Part shown: positions 10,501 to 15,965 of the stretch, in pieces
Position numbering within the stretch: the first letter of the stretch is position 1
How the letters are laid out: each line of letters begins with the position of its first letter
Origin: Mucisphaera calidilacus
GTDB taxonomy: Bacteria; Planctomycetota; Phycisphaerae; Phycisphaerales; Phycisphaeraceae
DNA length: 32,000 nucleotides
Direction of reading: 5' to 3'
Assembly: GCF_007748075.1 (NCBI RefSeq)
Contig: NZ_CP036280.1
Span: 210,001-242,000 of the forward strand
Notes under the pieces: generated by a model
Told to the model about the DNA's origin: nothing
Seen by the model: only the letters and a program-made list of their open reading frames with translations
Database searches by the model: none
Made by a program: the position numbers and the translations under genes

Positions 10501-11787
10501 ACCGCCACCTGGAACCTCGACCTGGAACAGGCCGGTCACTACGAGGTCTCGGTCTTTATCCCCGAAGCGCTGATGATGGTTCCGCTGGGCCATGGCTCCT
10601 ACACCCTGACGACCACCAGCGGCACTGCGGCCGCCAGCGTCGATCAGGCTCAGTCACCCACAGGCGGCTGGCTGTCACTCGGCAGCTTCGACCTCGCTGC
10701 CGGCGAGTTCGAGCTGATCCTCGACGCCGCCGCATCGACCGACGGCTCCTTCGTGGTGGCCGACGCCATCCGTGTGGCGACCGTCACCGTCGACCAATTC
10801 CAGGACCCCGCCGAGGTCGTCGAAGTCGTCGTTGGCTCCGAAACCTGGACCCAGGCCTTCCTCGATCAGATCGATACGGGACGCGGGCTCGGCTACGGCA
10901 TGCCCGGCGGCGCGGGCCAACTCGCCTCACTGCCCTGGTCAAGCCTCAACACGATCTCGCTCGTCTTCAGCGAGGCGGTCTACGTCACACAGGATGACTT
11001 CGACTTCACCTGGAACGACGGCGCTGCCGAAGAGGCCGTCGTCTTCGTCTACGACGCGGCCGCGCACACCGCAACGTGGGTCTTCGACAGCAACGCCTAC
11101 ACGCCCGCCGGCGTGGTCACGGTCCAGCAGGTCGGCACGGTGCTCGACCACCAGGGCGTCGAAGCCGATACCGACTGGGTCAACGGCGTCTCCGAGGCCT
11201 CGGGCAACGGCATCGCGGGCGGCATGATGAACTACCTCTTCAGCGTGGTCGCCGGCAGCGCGGATGGCGACACCATGATCGACGCCAACGACATCGACGC
11301 GGTGCTCCGTGCCACGCAGGGCAACGGCGCAACGGCCTTCACCGACCTCGACGGCTCCGGCACCACCGACGCCGACGACGCCAACCTGCTCGTGATCGAC
11401 ATCCTCGGCACGCAGTTCGGCGACGCGAATCTCGATCAGTCCGTCGACCTGCTCGACCTCTCCGCACTGGCATCGAGTTTCGATGCGACCGACGGCGACT
11501 GGGCCAGCGGCGACTTCAACGGCGACGGCAACGTCGACCTGCTCGACCTCTCGCTGCTCGCTTCGAACTTCGGCTACACGGCCCCGGTCCCCGCGCCGGC
11601 GCTGGCGCAGGCAACCGTGGCTGAGCCGCAAATCGCCTCGAAGACCCAGCAGACCCAGCAGGACCAGTCACGCGTCTGGTCGCAGTCGCGTCAGCACGCC
11701 CAGCAGCAGCCGCTGACAACACGCGCCGGTGACCTCGTGGTTGATGCCGAGGAGGACGAGGCCGTCTTCGGTCTCTGGGAAAGCTGA
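7540..11787 (+). CDS. large multidomain surface/secreted-type protein. It has a LEPR-XLL-like N-terminus, an amidase_3-like domain split by a golvesin-C/Xly-like carbohydrate-binding insertion, FN3-like modules, a second CBD-like module, and C-terminal dockerin/EF-hand-like repeats.
   Basis: GTG at 7540 is in frame with ORF 6163..11787 and is preceded by AGGAG at 7529-7533. Everything upstream is antisense to purH. Motifs seen:
- RFESLEDRVLLSA at residues 14-26.
- GKIVYVHAGHGY, FLSYHSNAGGGRG and ILEVAFHDS (MurNAc-L-Ala amidase-like).
- Two VxFxGxW...G.Y.V...GGW..LG.F...ADAIRF/V modules.
- GDANLDQSVDLLDLSALA and GDFNGDGNVDLLDLSLLASNFG repeats. Confidence 0.8.
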   Translation: MSQTHAPSSDNTVRFESLEDRVLLSAVTENPTGFTVSLGEGQSILLDFDEDGPVAYDVQADLMEVFAQSSASTSSLPVPVGTQPEGALSGKIVYVHAGHGYTWTNNSFWTTQRGEGFEIVEDMGNMDQMNFLIDQLWNAGATVVPLRPAQHQINEVVLDNVDAEVTFVGSWNNSSSSIYYGESGETPYRWASTSGTETAYARYTPDIPEAGYYPVYTFARHGSDRVEQLYKVHHTGGITEVTVDHSKVGSGWVYLGNFYFDEGTDGYVDISNRSDQSGVVIADAIRFGNGMGDSLRNGSPSGYAREDEAGLYWMEALVRESQGISTSEYRSSSDDRSATVSASPRWAEYMNREAGGSFSDRVFLSYHSNAGGGRGAVGLHNTSSGGNTPNQFEWAELTGAHLNDDMQAIGSPPLEHLWSNRSTNTYQASFNYGEIHNAYIGGEFDATILEVAFHDSQFDSELMRDPVMRQWAARASVHAMIEYFDNRNNVASTVEAPEAVTGVSAMTNAQGDVTLSWDKPAFGGVNGDAATGYLIQTSFDGYGFDGGTYVAGGNTLTHTFDDLDGANGVHYFRVLAVNNGGVSLDSETVAANPGQAGDPSILIVNGFDRFDRTLNPQITYSVGTIDRVRPQWMNSFDYTVQHADAIHAYDPSIGFNSVQNEDVINGTVDLNLYTTVVWILGEESTADATFDATEQALVSSFVGSGGNLFVSGSEIAYDLDGVNNGQSFFNNTLGATYVSDDSDSNTAAGVSGSIFAGISLNFDDGDVVYDVDSPDVISATNGSLAAMTYGGSSGGGGRPGGGGGGVAAIQLEASGGQGGVVMLAFPFESIVSQDDRHDVMAAALGFLGADPIERPDAPTDLDVAIYTNQAVVSWTQPDDPTAVGVHVERAVADGLFERITTEPLTDPVFLDTGLLEGIAVAYRVVSVDAEGVTSLPLEVVEGTPPTATSVVADIDTPLYQLDGTWSSFVGLGYEGSFAHAGTVGAPSTATWNLDLEQAGHYEVSVFIPEALMMVPLGHGSYTLTTTSGTAAASVDQAQSPTGGWLSLGSFDLAAGEFELILDAAASTDGSFVVADAIRVATVTVDQFQDPAEVVEVVVGSETWTQAFLDQIDTGRGLGYGMPGGAGQLASLPWSSLNTISLVFSEAVYVTQDDFDFTWNDGAAEEAVVFVYDAAAHTATWVFDSNAYTPAGVVTVQQVGTVLDHQGVEADTDWVNGVSEASGNGIAGGMMNYLFSVVAGSADGDTMIDANDIDAVLRATQGNGATAFTDLDGSGTTDADDANLLVIDILGTQFGDANLDQSVDLLDLSALASSFDATDGDWASGDFNGDGNVDLLDLSLLASNFGYTAPVPAPALAQATVAEPQIASKTQQTQQDQSRVWSQSRQHAQQQPLTTRAGDLVVDAEEDEAVFGLWES

Positions 11788-11859
11788 GGCAGAACGGCCC
11801 AGATCGACCCGAGAAACCGATAGGATGAGCACCTGACCGCGAGGTTTCGCGCTTGTCGC

Positions 11860-13755
11860 GTGGGATCGCTGCTGAGGTTGTGCATGTCATCCCATGTTCA
11901 TGGCATCGGAGAAGTAACGGCGACGCAGTCGGTCACCGAGGACCCCTTCGGCTACGACGGCCCGCCGGACCAGTTCCTCGCCCGCTTCCTGGCCTCCCAG
12001 CGTGCCGCCGGCCTGAGTCTCGGCGGAGCACTCCTGCGCCCCGAACGCGAGGGCGTCGTGGAAGTGCTCGCGCTCGACCCCTCCCCGACGTCGGGCGGCG
12101 GGAGCCGCCCCGCATGGCTCACCAGCGCCACCCAGGGCGTCGCCACCGTCATGGCCGAGGGCCAGGCACGCGTCCTGCCCTTTCAGGACACCGGCGGGAT
12201 GTACCTCACCGGACCGAGCGGTTACCTCGGCCTCCTGCCCCTGCGTGGCGAGGGCCCGGTACGAGGCGTCGCCGCCTACCTCCTCGACGAAACCACCCAG
12301 CACGGCGCCGAACTCGCCGTGCGCCGGCTCGAACTGACCTGCGCCTCACTCGGCCTCTACGAGCTCAAGCGGACCTTCGAACGCAAGCAGGCCGACCTCG
12401 AACTGATGGGCGGGGCGGTCTCGCTGCTCGCCTCCGTCTCCGAACACGACCGGTTCAAGGCCGCCGCCATGGCCGCCTGCAACGAACTGGCCCAGCGCAC
12501 CAAGGCGATGCGCGTGAGCTTCGGCGTCCTCCGCGGCCGCTACATGCGCGTGCTCGCCATGAGCCAGACCGAACAACTCAACCGCAAGATGCGCCTCATC
12601 CAGGACATCGAGAGCGCGATGGAGGAGTGCCTCGATCAGGACCTCGAGATCCTGCACCCCGCGCCCGACAACGCCGACTTTGTGAGCCGTGCCACCGCCG
12701 ACCTCGCCGAAAGACACGGCCCCTCACGCATCCTCACCATCCCCATGCGGCTCGATGGCGTGCCCGAAGCCGTGATGCTCATCGAGCTCCCCACCGATCA
12801 GGGACTCACCGCCCGCCAGGTCGAGGCGCTGCGGCTGACCTCCGACCTGCTCGCACCGGCACTCATCCGCCAGAGCCGGCAGGACCGCTGGTTCGGCGCG
12901 CGGTTCGCGGCCTTCTGCAAACGCCACGCCGGGGAGATCGTCGGCCCGAGACACACCTGGGCCAAACTCACCGCCATCGCGCTGCTGATCGTGCTGCTCG
13001 TCTCCGTGCTCTACCCGGCGCGCTACCGCGTCGAGGGCACCTTTGTCATCAAGGCCTCCGAACGCCAGATCGTCGCAGCGCCCTTCGGCGGGTATCTCGC
13101 CGAGGTGCACGTCGAACCGGGCGACAACGTCGTGGCCGGCCAGACCGTGCTGGCGACCCTCGACACCGCCGACCTCACGCTCGAACTCGCCTCCCTGCTG
13201 GCGGAGATCGAGAGCTACCGCAAGGACGAGGCCATGGCACGACGCGACGGCGACATCGCCGGCCAGCAGATCGCCCAGGCACGACGCGACGAGGCCCAGG
13301 CCCAGGCCGACCTCATCGCCTACCGCATCGAACAGGCCGTCATCCGGGCACGCGTCGACGGCGTCCTCGTCGAGGGCGACCTCAAGCGGCAGATCGGCGT
13401 CGCCCTCGAACTCGGCCAGCCGATGTTCGAGGTCGCACCCCTCGACACCCTCTACGCCGAACTGAGCGTCCCCGAGACACGCGTCACCGAGGTCGAAGTC
13501 GGCCAGACCGGACTGCTGGCGTCGGTCGCGCGCCCCGGCACCTACCTGCCCTTCGCCGTCGACCGCATCGACCCGGCCGCCGAGGTCGTCGAGGGCCAGA
13601 ACGTCTTCAAGGTACGCCTGAGTTTCGACGAGCAACCCGCCGAGCTCCAGCCCGGGATGCAGGGCGTCGGCAAGGTCGACGTCGGCCGCAGGCCCCTCAT
13701 GTACATCTGGACCCGTGACGCGATCCGCTGGCTGCGCATGCAGCTCTGGATCTGA
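11860..13755 (+). CDS. HlyD-family periplasmic adaptor (membrane fusion protein) with a cytoplasmic N-terminal domain of about 360 aa (possibly tandem GAF-like)
   Basis: A single TM segment (WAKLTAIALLIVLLVSVLY) is followed by HlyD hallmarks: VAAPFGGYLAEVHVEPGDNVVAGQTVLATLDT (lipoyl-like), a coiled-coil stretch, then IRARVDGVLVE and a beta-barrel tail. An alternative start is the ATG at 11884. The GAF assignment for the N-domain is a guess from its alpha/beta pattern only. Confidence 0.75.
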   Translation: MGSLLRLCMSSHVHGIGEVTATQSVTEDPFGYDGPPDQFLARFLASQRAAGLSLGGALLRPEREGVVEVLALDPSPTSGGGSRPAWLTSATQGVATVMAEGQARVLPFQDTGGMYLTGPSGYLGLLPLRGEGPVRGVAAYLLDETTQHGAELAVRRLELTCASLGLYELKRTFERKQADLELMGGAVSLLASVSEHDRFKAAAMAACNELAQRTKAMRVSFGVLRGRYMRVLAMSQTEQLNRKMRLIQDIESAMEECLDQDLEILHPAPDNADFVSRATADLAERHGPSRILTIPMRLDGVPEAVMLIELPTDQGLTARQVEALRLTSDLLAPALIRQSRQDRWFGARFAAFCKRHAGEIVGPRHTWAKLTAIALLIVLLVSVLYPARYRVEGTFVIKASERQIVAAPFGGYLAEVHVEPGDNVVAGQTVLATLDTADLTLELASLLAEIESYRKDEAMARRDGDIAGQQIAQARRDEAQAQADLIAYRIEQAVIRARVDGVLVEGDLKRQIGVALELGQPMFEVAPLDTLYAELSVPETRVTEVEVGQTGLLASVARPGTYLPFAVDRIDPAAEVVEGQNVFKVRLSFDEQPAELQPGMQGVGKVDVGRRPLMYIWTRDAIRWLRMQLWI

Positions 13756-13763
13756 GGTGAACG

Positions 13764-15965
13764 ATGTCGACGCGCCGTCCCCTCTTCAGCGAGTCGTGGT
13801 ACCGGGTGGCGGAGATGGCGCCCCGACTGCGCCCGCAGATCGACACCTACCGCCAGCACTACCGCGGACGGCTCTGGCACGTGCTCCGCGACCCCTCGAA
13901 CAACAAGTTCTTCAGGCTCGATGAGGCCTCCTACCGATTCGTCGCGATGCTCAACGGCCGGCGGACCATCCGCGAGGTCTGGGAAGCCTGCTGCGACCAG
14001 CTCCAGGACCAGGCGCTGACTCAGGGCGAAGCCATCCAGGTCATCGGCCAGCTCTACACCTCCAACCTGCTCGACGCCGACGTCTCCGCCGACACCGCCG
14101 GCATCTTCGACCGCTACAAGCAGCGACGCCAACGCGAGGTGTCGGGCTACATGATGAACCTGCTCTTCGCGCGGATCCCCATCTACGACCCCGACGCGTT
14201 CCTCGACAAGTGGGTGCACCTCACACGATGGGCCTTCGGTCCCGTCGGCCTCATCCTCTGGTGCCTGCTCGTCGGCGCGGGGCTGTTCGTGGCGATCGGA
14301 CGCTCGGACGCCCTGCTCAGCCAGGCATCCTCGGTGATCGCGCCGCGCAACCTCTTCTGGCTCTACATCGCGATCGTCGTCATCAAGCTCTGGCACGAGA
14401 TGGGACACGGCTTCGCCTGCAAGCACTTCGGGCAGCAGCGCCACGCCGGCGGCGAGGTCCACACCCTCGGCGTCATGCTGCTCGTGCTCGTCCCCGTGCC
14501 CTACGTCGACGCCTCCTCCTCGTGGGCGCTGCGCAACAAGTGGCACCGCTTCTGGGTCGGCGCCGCGGGCATGTACTTCGAACTGGCGGCGGCGGCGCTC
14601 GCCACCTTCGTCTGGGCCGCCACCAACGCGCAGACGTCCTTCTACGGCGTCCCGGTCCACGCCCTCGCCTACAACGTCATGTTCATCGCAGGCGTCAGCA
14701 CCATCCTCTTCAACGCCAACCCGCTCATCCGCTTCGACGGCTACTACATGCTCTCCGACGCGCTCGAGGTCCCCAACCTCATGCAGCGGTCGAAGGACTA
14801 CCTCTACTACCTCGTACGCAAGTACCTCTACGGCGTACGCCGGCCCATGAACCCCGCCCACGTGCACGGCGAAGCGCCCTGGCTCTTCAGCTACGCGATC
14901 CTCTCGAGCATCTACCGCGTCTTCCTCCTCACCTCGATCCTCCTGTTCGTCGCCGACCAGTTCTTCTTCCTCGGCATGATCTTCGCCATCTCCGGCCTCA
15001 TCGGCTGGGTGGGCACGCCCCTCTGGAAGTGGGTCAAGTACCTCGCCACCAACCCCGAACTCGCGCGCACACGCTCACGAGCCGTCATGGCCTCCGCGAC
15101 GCCGATCGTGCTCCTGCTCGTCCTGCTTGGCGTCGTGCCCGCGCCGGAACACGGACGGGCCGAGGGCGTGGTCGAGGCCGATCGCCGAGCGGTCGTCTTC
15201 GCCGGCGCCGACGGCGTGCTGGATACGATCGCCGAGCAGTCATCGACCGTCCCGCGAGGCGGCCTCCTGATGCGCGCGCACAACGCACAACTCGAGAGCC
15301 AGCAACGCGAGCTCGTGGCACGTCTCGAGCAGATCCGCGTGCAGCTCGCGCAGGCACGCACCGAGAGCACGGCCGAGGCCCAGGCACTGCTCGAGCAGCA
15401 GACGGCCCTGCGTCAACGGCTCGACCGGGTCAATCAGCAGATCGTCTCGCTCGAGGTCACCGCGCCGTTCGAGGGCCGCTGGGACGCCCAGCCCGAACTG
15501 GTGCCCGGCCTCTACCTCCGGCAGGGCGAAGCGATCGGCACCTTCCTCGACGACCGCGACCCGCGCGTGCGCATCATCGCCGACCAGTCACTCGGCCCGC
15601 GTCTCTGGGCCCGGTACGCCGAGGGCCTGCTGTCCGTCGAGTTCCGCGTCTCGGGCCTGCCCGAGACCACACTCAACGGCGCCATCACCCGCGTCGCCCC
15701 CGCCGGCCAGAGCCAGCTCCCCAGCCCCGCGTTATCCATGGGCGCCGGCGGCCTGATGCCCACCGACCCCGAAGACCCCAATGGACAACGCGCCGCAGAA
15801 CCCTTCTTCGAGGTCCGTATCACCCCCGAGATCGAAACGGAACACCACGGCTACCTGCGCCCCGGCCAACGCGTCGTCGCACGCTTCGCGCTCGGCTACC
15901 GACCGCTGCTCTGGCAGTGGTGGGACGCCCTCTCACGCCTGCTCCAGGAACGGTTCCAGGTCTGA
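13764..15965 (+). CDS. fusion protein: PqqD/RRE-like N-domain + M50 (site-2 protease) zinc metalloprotease membrane domain + C-terminal HlyD-like adaptor domain
   Basis: - HEMGH at nt 14394-14408, inside a TM helix.
- NANPLIRFDG (NxxPxxxxDG, the second S2P motif) at 14712-14741.
- N-terminal FFRLDEASYRFVAMLNGRRTIREVWEAC...GEAIQVIGQLYTSNLL resembles the PqqD family.
- From about residue 463: RAEGVVEA..., a coiled coil, then LEVTAPFEGRW, which is HlyD-like.
- The gene starts 8 nt after the upstream stop. Confidence 0.8.
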   Translation: MSTRRPLFSESWYRVAEMAPRLRPQIDTYRQHYRGRLWHVLRDPSNNKFFRLDEASYRFVAMLNGRRTIREVWEACCDQLQDQALTQGEAIQVIGQLYTSNLLDADVSADTAGIFDRYKQRRQREVSGYMMNLLFARIPIYDPDAFLDKWVHLTRWAFGPVGLILWCLLVGAGLFVAIGRSDALLSQASSVIAPRNLFWLYIAIVVIKLWHEMGHGFACKHFGQQRHAGGEVHTLGVMLLVLVPVPYVDASSSWALRNKWHRFWVGAAGMYFELAAAALATFVWAATNAQTSFYGVPVHALAYNVMFIAGVSTILFNANPLIRFDGYYMLSDALEVPNLMQRSKDYLYYLVRKYLYGVRRPMNPAHVHGEAPWLFSYAILSSIYRVFLLTSILLFVADQFFFLGMIFAISGLIGWVGTPLWKWVKYLATNPELARTRSRAVMASATPIVLLLVLLGVVPAPEHGRAEGVVEADRRAVVFAGADGVLDTIAEQSSTVPRGGLLMRAHNAQLESQQRELVARLEQIRVQLAQARTESTAEAQALLEQQTALRQRLDRVNQQIVSLEVTAPFEGRWDAQPELVPGLYLRQGEAIGTFLDDRDPRVRIIADQSLGPRLWARYAEGLLSVEFRVSGLPETTLNGAITRVAPAGQSQLPSPALSMGAGGLMPTDPEDPNGQRAAEPFFEVRITPEIETEHHGYLRPGQRVVARFALGYRPLLWQWWDALSRLLQERFQV

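Noticed and set aside
8113-11631. Minus-strand ORFs 8113..9480 (455 aa), 9979..10593 and 10939..11631, plus the plus-strand alternative-frame ORFs 9432..10022, 10431..10997 and 11076..11624.
   Set aside because: All are embedded in the 1415-aa gene. They are Val/Gly/Asp/Ala or Arg-rich mirror translations with no start-site support.
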